Below are positions 41,270 to 51,745 of a stretch of 64,000 nucleotides of DNA, piece by piece. Below the pieces are notes generated by a model. The model was not told the DNA's origin. It did no database searches and was given only the letters and a program-made list of their open reading frames with translations. Position 1 is the stretch's first letter. Every line of letters begins with the position of its first letter. A program made the translations under genes and the position numbers. This DNA comes from an uncultured Gemmatimonadaceae bacterium (lineage in GTDB: Bacteria; Gemmatimonadota; Gemmatimonadetes; Gemmatimonadales; Gemmatimonadaceae): NCBI GenBank assembly GCA_963716745.1, contig OY970320.1, positions 2,240,001-2,304,000 on the forward strand, read 5' to 3'.

Positions 41270-41955
41270 TGCCGCGCGTACTGGTGGTGGAGGACCAGCG
41301 CGACCTCGCATCGCTGCTCGCGCACAATCTCAAGATCGAGGGGCTCGACGTTCGCACGGTGGAGGACGGCCGAGAAGTGATGCCGCTCGCGCGCTCATGG
41401 GCGCCCGACTTGGTGATCCTCGATCTCATGCTCCCGGGGATGGACGGCTACGAGGTGCTCCGCGCCCTGCGCGCAGTATGGGCCGATCTTCCCGTGCTCA
41501 TCCTGTCGGCGCGCGGCGAGGAGCAGGACAAGATTCGCGGGTTCCGGCTAGATGCCGATCAGTACGTCACCAAGCCGTTCAGCCTGCTCGAGCTGCTCGA
41601 GCGCGTGCACGCACTGCTCCGGCGCGCGTCGCGCGAAGCGGCCGCGCCGGCAACGGGACTGCTCAGCTTCGGCGACGTGATCGTGGACCCCTCGTCGCGC
41701 ACCGTCACGCGCGCGGGAGAATCGGTGACGCTCCCGCCCAAGGCGTTCGACCTGCTGCTGTCGCTCATCCGGCGCGACGGCAAGGTGGCCACGCGCGTGG
41801 AACTGCTGCGCGAGGTGTGGGGCTACGGGCCGCTCGTGCTCTCGCGCACGGTGGACTCGCACATCGTGGAACTGCGGCGCAAACTCGAGACCGATCCGGC
41901 CAATCCGCGGCACCTCGTCACGGTCTTCAAGATGGGATACCGCTTCGAACGCTGA
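41269..41955 (+). CDS. OmpR/PhoB-family response regulator
   Basis: GTG 41269; VLVVED, DLMLPGMDG, KPF, winged helix VWG...RTVDSHIVELRRK. Confidence 0.95.
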   Translation: MPRVLVVEDQRDLASLLAHNLKIEGLDVRTVEDGREVMPLARSWAPDLVILDLMLPGMDGYEVLRALRAVWADLPVLILSARGEEQDKIRGFRLDADQYVTKPFSLLELLERVHALLRRASREAAAPATGLLSFGDVIVDPSSRTVTRAGESVTLPPKAFDLLLSLIRRDGKVATRVELLREVWGYGPLVLSRTVDSHIVELRRKLETDPANPRHLVTVFKMGYRFER

Positions 41956-41968
41956 GCCGCGGGCCGCG

Positions 41969-41986
41969 TCACAACTCCTGAACAAC
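41969..41986 (+). promoter_or_regulatory. Putative OmpR-type operator upstream of the sulfurtransferase operon
   Basis: TCACAACTCCTGAACAAC (CACAAC-N5-AACAAC). Confidence 0.5.
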
Positions 41987-42087
41987 TCGCGCACGTGAAC
42001 GCCACCACTTCGTGGGGGGCGAACGGCATCGTTCTGCGAACAACGGACTGTTGGCTGTCGGCTGTGGCCAACTACTCAAATGGAGGC

Positions 42088-42996
42088 ATGACGATGACGA
42101 ATCCGATCAAGCTGCTCATCGCGGGGATCCTGATGCTCTTCTTCGGCGAGCCGAATCCGAAGCTTCTGATCACGCCCGCGGAACTCAACGCGAAGCTCAG
42201 CGATCCCAAGCTCGTGATCTTGCAGGTCGGGCCGCTCGAGGACTACGAGGCCGGTCACATTCCCGGCGCGCGGCTGGTCACGATGGAGGATCTCAACATC
42301 GAGCGCACGAGCACGGGCGTGGCGCTCGAGCTGCCCGACACCGCGACGCTGCGCAAGCGCCTGGAGAAGATCGGCATCTCGAACGACAGCTGGATCGTCG
42401 TCGCCGGCGGCGCCGACTGGGTGTCGCCTGCGACCCGGGTCGTGTTCACGCTCGAAGCGGCAGGCCTCGGTGCCCGGACGCAATTCCTGGATGGCGGCGC
42501 GAAGGGGTGGAAGCGTGCCGGTTTCGCGTTCACGACGGATGATCCGCCGGCGCCGCGCCACGGAACGCTCACGCTCGCGCAGGACCGCTGGGTCGTCGTG
42601 GATCACACCTGGATCCAGGCACACATCGGCGACCCGCACATTCGCATCATCGACGGCCGCGCGCCCGTGTTCTACGAAGGCGTCGGCATGCCTGAGCATG
42701 GCACGCCTGGCGGCCACATCGCCGGCGCGAAGAACATCCCCTTCAATACGCTCACCGACGATTCGCTTGTCGTCCTGCCGATGGATTCCCTCCGCAAAGT
42801 GTTCGCCGCCGCGGGCGTGAAGCCCGGCGACACGGTGGCCGCGTACTGCCATGTGGGACAACAGGCGACGGTCGTGATCTTCGCGGCGCGCTTGCTCGGC
42901 ATTCCCGCGCGCCTCTATGACGGTTCGATGACGGAATGGCAGTCGCTCAAGCTGCCGATCGAGAATCCCAACCCGAACGCGAAGCCGGCGCCGTGA
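42088..42996 (+). CDS. Tandem-domain rhodanese (sulfurtransferase) with hydrophobic N-terminus
   Basis: GHIPGA, LDGG, GHIAGA, YCHVGQQA active-site Cys, YDGSMTEW. Confidence 0.93.
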   Translation: MTMTNPIKLLIAGILMLFFGEPNPKLLITPAELNAKLSDPKLVILQVGPLEDYEAGHIPGARLVTMEDLNIERTSTGVALELPDTATLRKRLEKIGISNDSWIVVAGGADWVSPATRVVFTLEAAGLGARTQFLDGGAKGWKRAGFAFTTDDPPAPRHGTLTLAQDRWVVVDHTWIQAHIGDPHIRIIDGRAPVFYEGVGMPEHGTPGGHIAGAKNIPFNTLTDDSLVVLPMDSLRKVFAAAGVKPGDTVAAYCHVGQQATVVIFAARLLGIPARLYDGSMTEWQSLKLPIENPNPNAKPAP

Positions 42997-43515
42997 GCCA
43001 CAGCGCGCCGCGTGGCTATGCCGATGCCGGCTGGAGTGGCATCGCGCTCGGCGCGCTCCTCGCGTTCTCCTTCATCGTCGCGGGGCGGGGGCTCGGTGCG
43101 TCTGGAGCCTTCGCCGCCGCGGCGGGTGATGCGCTCGCGCGCATGGCGCCCGCCGCCACCGCGGCCGATCCCACGCTCGCCGACCGGCTGCCGGCGGATG
43201 TTCCGCTGCTCGGCGATTGGATCGTGCTCGAGATCATCGGCGTCTTCGTGGGCGGCGCGATCTCGGCGTGGCTCGCAGGGCGCATGCACCGTTCGATCGT
43301 GCCGCTCTCGCCAATGCGAATCGCGCGCGCCGGCGCGGGCGGCGCGCTCATGGGCGTGGGCGCGCGACTCGCCTACGGCTGCACGAGCGGATTGGCGCTC
43401 ACGGGCGGTGCGCTGCTGTCTACCGGCGCGTGGATCTTCATCCCAGCTCGCGTTCGGCACGGCCATGATCGTGACGCTCGTCGCGCGCGGGCGGCGCGAG
43501 GATCCCGTCCCATGA
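42993..43515 (+). CDS. YeeE/YedE family sulfur transporter; frameshift near 43445
   Basis: GRGLGASG, GARLAYGCTSG; true C-terminus is in the ORF 43012-43515 frame and ends at an ATGA overlap. Confidence 0.88.
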
Positions 43516-44585
43516 ACGCGCTCCCGGTGTGGGCCACCGCGCTCCCCATCGGCATCGCGTTCGGATTCATCCTCGAACGCGCCGGGCTCGGCGATCCGCG
43601 CGTCATCCTCGGGCAACTGGTGCTCCGCGATTTCACGGTGATCCGCGTGATGTTCGGCGCGATCGTGACCGCGATGCTCGTCGTGATGCTCGGCAGTGCA
43701 TTCGGGCTCATCGACCTCCATGCGATCGCGATCCCGCCCACCGATGCCGGCGCGCAGTCGCTCGGCGCGGTCATTTTCGGCGGCGGCTTCGCGCTCGCGG
43801 CGCTCTGTCCCGGCACGGCGTGCGTGGCCGCGGCCAGCGGCCGGCGCGACGGCGTCATTGCCGTGATCGGGATATTCCTCGGAACACTCGCCACGCCGCT
43901 GCTCTGGCCCGTGCTCGGAACCGCGGCAGCGCCGGTGCCGCGCGAAGGCGCACAGTTGCCGGCCGATCTCGGCTGGCCCGTCTGGACGGTGGTGCTCGCG
44001 ATCACCGCGGCGGGGGTCGCGGCATCGATGATCGCGAGGCGCATGGAGCGTCGCGAGCAGGCGGCGCAGTGGCGCCCGACTCGCGTGGAACTCTCGGCGC
44101 TCACCCTTGCTCTGCTGTTCGCGGTACTGAGCGCCCGTCCGGCGCCCGGCACGCAGGATCGCGTGAGCGCGCTCGATCTCGCGGCCATGATCAAGGATCA
44201 TCGTGCAGGCTTGCGTGTGATCGACGTTCGTGTGGGGCTCGACTCGGATGCGTACATGATCCCCGGCGCCGAGCGCTTGTCGCAAGCGCTGCACCTGTCG
44301 CCGGGCGAGCAGGTGGTGATCTACGGCGACCACGACTTCGACGCCGAGCGCGCATGGCCGGCACTGCATTCGGCCGGCGCGGTGGATGTCAGGATCCTCG
44401 CTGGCGGCATGACCGCGTGGGAAGAGGAGGTACTCTCGCCCGTGGTCCCCGCTGTGCAAGCGGACAGCGCGCTGGCGCGTTATCGCGCGGCGCGCGCTCT
44501 CTCCCTCTACTTCGGCGGCGCTCCGAACGGCGGTCGCCGGCCAGGCGCGCGCGGCTCGGGCGCCAGGAGACGGAACATATGCTGA
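43512..44585 (+). CDS. YeeE/YedE domain fused to a rhodanese-like domain, ending RRRNIC
   Basis: GIAFGFILERAGLG, CPGT, VIDVR, IPGA, LAGG; terminal Cys. Confidence 0.85.
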   Translation: MNALPVWATALPIGIAFGFILERAGLGDPRVILGQLVLRDFTVIRVMFGAIVTAMLVVMLGSAFGLIDLHAIAIPPTDAGAQSLGAVIFGGGFALAALCPGTACVAAASGRRDGVIAVIGIFLGTLATPLLWPVLGTAAAPVPREGAQLPADLGWPVWTVVLAITAAGVAASMIARRMERREQAAQWRPTRVELSALTLALLFAVLSARPAPGTQDRVSALDLAAMIKDHRAGLRVIDVRVGLDSDAYMIPGAERLSQALHLSPGEQVVIYGDHDFDAERAWPALHSAGAVDVRILAGGMTAWEEEVLSPVVPAVQADSALARYRAARALSLYFGGAPNGGRRPGARGSGARRRNIC

Positions 44586-46103
44586 CCATCGCCAATGCTC
44601 CCGAGATCGCGACGAGCGTCGCGAATGACGACGCTTTCTTCGCGGCATGGCGCGCGCGCGAACTCTCGCGCGTGGAGCGCGCTGGACTCGCCTATCTCGA
44701 CTACACCGGGGCGGCGCTGTACCCCGAATCGCTCGTGCGCGCCGATGCGGCGCGGCTCGAGCGCACCGTTCTCGGCAATCCGCACTCGGAGCACGGACCA
44801 TCGCGCGCGTCCACGGAGCATGTCGAGCGGGCGCGTGAGGCAGTACTCGCGTTCCTGCATGCGGATCCGGCGGAGTACACCGTGGTGCTCACGGCGAATG
44901 CGACCGCCGCATGCCGGCTGGTTGCTGAGAGTTTCCCGTTCACGCCGGAGAGCACGCTTCTGCTCACGGCGGACAATCACAATTCGGTGAACGGCATCCG
45001 CGAGTACGCACGCTCGCGCGGTGCGACGATCTCTACGATCGCACTGGACGAAGAACTCCGGCTCAACGATCCGCGCCGCGCGCTCTCCGTGCCGGTGCGC
45101 GGCGCATCGCTGTTCGCGTTGCCCGCGCAGTCGAATTTCTCCGGCGTGCGGCATCCGCTGTCGCTCATCGCTGAAGCGCAGGCACGCGGCTTCGTCGTGC
45201 TCCTCGATGCGGCGTCGTACGTGCCCACGATGGACCTTCGGCTCGACGAGATCCACCCCGACTTCGTCGCACTCTCCGTGTACAAGATCGCGGGCTATCC
45301 GTCCGGCGTCGGCGCGCTCGTCGCGCGGCGCGAGTCGCTGGCGAGATTGCGGCGGCCCTACTTCGCAGGGGGCACTGTGCAGTGGGTGAGTGTCGAGCAT
45401 CAGCGGCACCTGCTGATGAGCGGCCCGGGTGCATTCGAGGATGGCACCGTGCCATTCCTCGCGGTGGGCGCGGTGCCGGACGCGCTCGCGGCGGTGGGCG
45501 CGGTAGGTCGCGATCGCTTGGCGCGGCATACCGCACTTCTCACGGCGCAACTGCTGCGCGGGCTCGGCTGCGCTTCGGCACAGCAATGGCCACCCCGTCG
45601 CGATCATCCACGGACCGGCGAACATGGAGTCCCGCGGCGCGGCGGTGGCGCTCTCCGTGCTCGCGCCGAACGGCGTGGCCGTGCCGTATTGGGAGGTGGA
45701 GGAGCGCGCGCGCGAGAAGAAGCTCGCGCTTCGCGGCGGCTGCTTCTGCAATCCCGGGTGCGCGGAACGCGCGTTCGGATTCGCCTCGCGCGGCACTCAG
45801 GAGTGCCTCGATGAGCTCGGCGAGGACTTCACGATCCCGCGTTTCGCCGCCTGTCTGGGGGAAGGGACCGTCGGCGCGATCCGGATCTCGTTCGGGCTGG
45901 GAAGCGTGCAGGCCGATGTGGATCGGGCGATTGAGTTCATCGCCGAATACGCGGAATGCTTTGACCGGGCCATCGACCATCGGCCATCGGCCATCGGCCC
46001 CTGCAACAAACCATTTCCGCCTCCGTACTGTCCAAGAACAGGCCGGCCCAATCGGGGCGGTTCGATGGCCGATGGCCGATGGCCGATGGCCCACCGACGA
46101 TGA
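44579..46103 (+). CDS. Class V PLP enzyme resembling the molybdenum cofactor sulfurase NifS-like domain; frameshift near 45567; may end near 45964
   Basis: YLDYTG, GNPHS, PAQSNFSG, LLDAAS, SVYKIAGYPSGVG, FEDGT, RGGCFCNPG. Confidence 0.88.
46009..46035 (+). promoter_or_regulatory. ECF-sigma-like promoter AAC-N17-TGTCCAA
   Basis: Same motif and spacing at 49134-49160 and 61887-61913. Confidence 0.55.
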
Positions 46104-46116
46104 ACGAGGATTGAGG

Positions 46117-48628
46117 ATGCGCCAATTGAAGTTCGCCTTCCGCACGCTCTTCAAGTCCCCCTTCGTCACTACGGTGGCGATCCTGTCGCTCGCGCTCGGC
46201 ATCGGCGCGAACGCGGCGATCTTCTCGCTCTTCGACCAGATGCTGCTCCGGCCGCTGCCGGTGCGCGCGCCGGGCGAGCTGGTGAATCTCTCGGCGCCCG
46301 GGCCCAAGCCGGGGTCGCAGTCGTGCAGCCAAGCGGGGGACTGCGAGCGATGTCTTCAGCTACCGGATGTTCCAGGATCTCGAGAAGATCGCAGACCGTC
46401 CTCACCGGACTCGCCGCGCACGTCGGGATTCGGCGTAAACCTCTCGTACGATCAGCAGCCGCGAAGCGGCGACGGGATGCTCGTGTCGGGGTCCTACTTC
46501 CCGGTGCTCGGGGTCACGCCCGCGGCCGGCCGACTGCTCGGCCCCTCCGATGACGAGACGATCGGCAGCAATTTCGTGACGGTCCTCAGCTACACCTACT
46601 GGCAGTCCCGCTTCGGCGGCGATCCGTCGATGATCGGCAAGCACGATCACGATCAACGGCCAGTCGATGACGATCGTCGGCGTCGCGCCCAAGGGCTTCG
46701 ATGGCACCACGCTCGGCTCGCGGCCGCTCGTGTTCGTGCCGATCTCGATGCGCAAGGTCATGTTGCCGTGGTTCGACGGCTTCGAGAATCGTCAGAATTA
46801 TTGGGCCTATCTCTTCGGCCGCGCTCAAGCCCGGGCGTATCGATCGCGCAGGCGAGGCGCGGACTGAACGCGCTCTACCATCCGATCATCAACGACGTGG
46901 AAGCGCCGCTGCAGAAGGGCATGAGCGACGCAGACGATGGCTCAAGTTCCAGCGCGAAGAGACTCGTCGTCGACGCCGGGCCAGCGCGGGCAGAGTTCGA
47001 TGCTCACCCAGGCGAAGACGCCGCTGTTCATGCTGTTCGGCGATCACGGCGATCGTGCTGCTCATTGCCTGCGCCAACATCGCGAACCTGCTGCTCGCCC
47101 GCGGCGCGAACCGCGCGATGGAGATGGGCGTGCGCCTCGCGCTCGGCGCGAGCCGGCGGCAGTTGCTCGACGCAGCTGCTCACCGAGTCCGTGTGCTCGC
47201 CGCGCTCGGCGGGCTCGCGAGCCTCGTCGTCGCGCAATGGACGCTCGGCGCGCATCGGCACGCTGCTGCCGCCGGACGCCGATTCCCACGCTGCACTTCC
47301 AGCTCGACCCGACCGTGCTTCGTCTTCGCCGCGCTGCTGTCCGTCGTCACCGGGATTGCTGTTCGGCATGTTCCCGGCGCTGCACAGCACGCGCGCCGAT
47401 CTCGTGACCACCATTCGCGCCAACGCCGGCCAGATCTCGGGCGCGCGCGCGGCGGCGCGATTCCGCGCCACGCTCGTAACGGCGCAGATCGCGCTCTCGA
47501 TGGCGCTGCTCATCTCGGCCGGTCTCTTCATGAAGAGCCTGTTGAACGTCAGCCGCGTGGACCTGGGCATGCACGTGGACAATGTCGTGACGTTCGGCGT
47601 ATCGCCTCAACGAGCGGCTATGACAGTGCGCACATGCAGCAGTTCTACGCGCGCGTCGAGGAAGCGCTCGCCGCGATCCCGGGTGTCACCGCGGTCACGT
47701 CGTCGCTCGTTCCGCTCCTGGCCGGTAACAACTGGGGGACTGACGTGCACGTGCAAGGCTATCCGACGGCCCCGACGTGGACAATAATTCGCGCTTCAAC
47801 GCGATCGGCCCGGGCTATTTCGGGACGCTCGGCATCACGCTGCTCTCCGGCCGCGAGTTCACCGACGGCCGACGTGGCCGGCGGCGCGAAGGTCGTGATC
47901 GTGAACGAGACCTTCGCGAAGAAGTTCGGGCTCGGGAAGGACGCTGTGGGCAAGTTCATGTCGATGGCGGAAACGCGATTCGCTCAACATCCAGATCGTC
48001 GGCCTGATCAAGGACGCGAAGTACAGCGACGTGAAGGACACGATCCCGCCGGTGTTCTACGTACCGTGGAAGCAGGACTGGCGACGCAACGAACATGAAC
48101 TACTACGTGCGCACCTCCATCCCGGGCAATCAGTTGCTCAAGGCGATCCCGGCGGCGATGAAGCAGCTTCGACGGCGCGTGCCGGTGGAGGACATCAGGA
48201 CCATGCCGCAGCAGATCCGCGACAACGTGTTCCTCGACCGGATGATCAGTATCCTCTCGGCAGCATTCGCGATGCTCGCCACGCTGCTCGCGGGCGTCGG
48301 CCTGTATGGCGTGTTGGCATACACCGTGGCGCAGCGCACGCGGGAGATCGGGGTTCGCATGGCCCTCGGCGCCAATGCCGGCCGCGTCCGGGTGATGGTG
48401 ATGCGCCAGGTCGGCTGGATGATGCTCATCGGCGGCGTGATCGGTGTGGTCGCCGCGTACTTCCTGGGACGCTACGCCGCATCGCTGCTGTATGAGCTGA
48501 ACGGTTTCGATCCACTCGTGTTCTCGCTCGCGATCGTCACACTCGCGGTCGTCGCCGCGGCCGCCGGCTGGTTGCCGGCGCGCAAGGCCTCGCGCATCGA
48601 TCCGATCAAGGCGTTGAGGTACGAGTAG
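46117..48628 (+). CDS. ADOP-family (MacB/FtsX duplicated) ABC permease 1; many frameshifts (artifact or pseudogene)
   Basis: [52 protein letters not shown] spread across several frames. Confidence 0.9.
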
Positions 48629-48706
48629 CTCGGGCATCGGGCATCGGGCATCTATCTTTGAAAGGCGACAGCAGCCGATCCACCCTTTCAGTCGATAGGA
48701 GATAGG

Positions 48707-49093
48707 ATGACGCACCGAGCATTTCTGTTTCCACTCGCGATGCTCGCCTTCGCACCGCAGCCCGTGAGCAGTCAAAGCGACAGCACCATCCGCGTGAAGC
48801 CGCGCGCGTATTTCGCGGCGGCACCGGCGAAGGGGGTGGTCGTTGGCGTGATCGACAAGGATGGCCGTCGGCTGCGGAGCGGTCCGCACGATTTCACCAT
48901 TGCCGAGCAAGGGAAGCAACTCACCGCGCCACTCGCGGGGCAGGACGCCGGCCCCATGCGCCTCCTGGGGAACGGCACATTCGGCATGGGCTTCGACGCC
49001 AAACTGCGTATCACGTTCACGGTGGAGAACGGCCGCGCGACGAAGCTGATGCTCCTACAGAACGGAGCGACCTTCCTCGGGAGCCGGAAGTAG
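48707..49093 (+). pseudogene. Internally deleted serine hydrolase remnant (signal peptide plus C-terminal domain)
   Basis: C-terminal 70 aa are very similar to the tail of 38099-39469; no SxxK or YxN. Confidence 0.6.
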
Positions 49094-49133
49094 GGCGTTC
49101 TTCGTTCATCGCTCCTCGTTCCTCGGCGTAACA

Positions 49134-49160
49134 AACCATTTCCGCGCGAGTATTGTCGAA
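49134..49160 (+). promoter_or_regulatory. ECF-sigma-like promoter AAC-N17-TGTCGAA
   Basis: AACAAACCATTTCCGC...GTA.TGTC.AAG shared with 46005-46036. Confidence 0.55.
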
Positions 49161-49227
49161 GCAGAGGCTCACCGCGCGGGGCGGTTCCGATGGCCGAGGC
49201 ACGATGCACGATGAACGAGGATGCAAA

Positions 49228-51729
49228 ATGAGACAGCTCAAGTTCGCGTTCAGAACGCTCTTCAAGTCCCCCTTCGTCACCACGGTGGCGATCCTGTCGC
49301 TCGCGCTCGGCATCGGAGCGAACGCGGCCATGTATTCGCTGTTCGACCAGACGCTCCTGCGCGCGGTGCCGGTGCCCGATGCCGGCCGCTTGGTCGATCT
49401 CAAGGGGCCCGGCCCGCAGTTCGGATCCAACTCGTGCAGCATGATCGGAGGGTGCGACGAGGTCTTCTCGTACGCAGATGTTCCAAGACCTGCGAGAAGA
49501 GCCAGACCGTGCTCTCGGGCCTCGCGGCGCACCGCGACGCGAGCTTCAGCATCTCGTACGACCAGCAGCCCACGAACGTGCGCGGGCTGCTCATCTCGGG
49601 ATCGTATTTCCCCACGCTCCAACTCAATCCCGCGGCCGGCCGCCTCATCGGCCCGTCCGACGATACGCCGATCGGCGCGAATTTCGTCGTGGTACTGGGC
49701 TACAACTTCTGGATCTCGCGCTTCGGCGGCGATCCGGCGATCGTCGGCAAGACGATGATCGTGAACGGCCAGACGATGACGATCATTGGCGTCGCACCCA
49801 GGGGATTCCAGAGCACCTCGCTGAGCGTCGATCCGCAGGTGTTCGCGCCGATCTCGATGCGGCATGAGCTGTCGCCCTGGTTCCACGACTTCGAGAATCG
49901 GCGCAGCTATTGGGTCTATCTCTTCGGCCGAATGAAGCCGGGCGTCACGCTCGCGCAGGCGGAGGCCGGCCTCAACAAGGTGTACAAGCCGATCATCAAC
50001 GACGTGGAGGCGCCGCTCCAGAAGGGGATGAGCGAGCAGACCCTCGCGAAGTTCAAGGCGAAAGAGGTGAAGGTCGAGGATGGGCGGCGCGGCCAGAGCG
50101 TGATCCATCAGGAGGCCAAGACGCCCATGACGCTGTTGTTGGGCATCACGGTCATCGTGCTGCTCATCGCGTGCGCGAACATCGCGAACCTTCTCCTTGC
50201 GCGCGGTGCGAATCGCGCCATGGAGATGGGCGTGCGCCTCGCGCTCGGCGCCAGCCGGCGCCAGCTCCTCACGCAGCTCATCACCGAGTCGCTGCTGTTG
50301 GCCGCCATGGGCGGCATCGCGAGCCTGTTCGTGGCGCAGTGGACGCTGCGCGCCGTCTCGACCATGCTCCCGAACGACGGCGCCGCATCGCTCACCTTCT
50401 CGCTCGAGCCGCGCATCCTGCTCTTCGCCGCAGCGCTCTCGGTCGTCACCGGTTTCCTGTTCGGGATGTTCCCGGCGCTCCACAGCACGCGCGGCGATCT
50501 GGTGACGACCATCCGCTCGAACGCCGGCCAGATCTCGGGTCACCGCACCGCGGCCCGCTTCCGCTCGTCGCTCGTCACCGCACAGATCGCGCTCTCCATG
50601 GCACTGCTCATCGCCGCCGGACTCTTCATGAAGAGCCTCTCGAACATCAGCCGAGTGGACCTCGGCGTGCACGTGGACGACGTCGTGGTGTTCGGCATGT
50701 CGCCCGAGCGCGCCGGCTACGACAGCACGCGCGCGCAATTGTTCTACGGTCAAGTGGAAGAGCGGCTCGCCGCGATCCCGGGTGTCACCGGCGTCACGTC
50801 TTCGATGGTGCCGCTCCTGGCGGGCGACAACTGGGGGAACAGCGTGAAGGTGCAGGGATTCCCCGATGGCCCGGACGTGGACAACAACTCGCGCATGAAC
50901 GAAGTGGGCGGCGGTTACTTCCACATGCTCGGCATCAAGATGCTCGCGGGGCGCGATCTCACGACCGCCGATGCGCAGGGCGCGGCGAAGGTGGTGGTGG
51001 TCAACGAATCGTTCGCCAAGAAATTCAAGCTCGGCAATGATGTCGTGGGCAAGTACATGGGCCTGGGCGGAGAACACGATTCGATGGACATCCAGATCGT
51101 GGGCCTCGTGCAGAACGCTAAATACAGCGACGTGAAGGACTCCGTGCCGCCCGTGTATTACCGCCCGTGGCGGCAGGACCGCAACGCGACGTACATGAAT
51201 TTCTACGTTCGCAGTTCGCTGCCACCGGCGGAGCTGCTCAAGCGCCGTTCCCGCGGCGATGCGCCGGCTGGACGCGACCGTGCCGGTGGAGGACCTCAAG
51301 ACGATGCCGCAGCAGATCCGCGAGAACGTGTCGCTCGACCGCATGATCTCCATTCTCTCGGCATCGTTCGCGGTGCTCGCGACGCTGCTCGCGGCCGTGG
51401 GACTCTACGGCGTGCTCGCGTACACCGTGGCGCAGCGCACGCGCGAGATCGGCGTGCGCATGGCGCTCGGCGCCAACTCCAGCAGTGTGCAGCTGATGGT
51501 GATGCGGCAGGTGGGCTGGATGATGCTCATCGGCGGCACCATCGGCCTCGCCGCGGCGTACGGCCTCGGTCGCGCGGCTGCTTCGCTGCTCTACCAGTTG
51601 AGCAGCTTCGACCCCGTGGTGTTCGTGATCGCCATCGTGACCCTCGCGATCGTCGCGAGCGGCGCGGGTTGGCTGCCGGCGAGAAAGGCGTCGAGAGTAG
51701 ATCCGATCAAGGCGCTCAGGTACGAGTAG
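49228..51729 (+). CDS. ADOP-family ABC permease 2; frameshifts near 49480-49495 and 51245
   Basis: Same family motifs; MRQLKFAFRTLFKSP...DPIKALRYE. Confidence 0.92.
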
Positions 51730-51745
51730 GCGACCAGGAACGTCA

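Noticed and set aside
42936..44585. A single 549-aa double-YeeE fusion ORF
   Set aside because: A frameshift near 43445 bypasses the stop at 43515; the ATGA overlap indicates two genes.
44580..44585. Selenocysteine read-through at Cys-TGA
   Set aside because: The TGA overlaps the start of the next gene (ATG 44579) as ordinary translational coupling, and no SECIS hairpin was identified.
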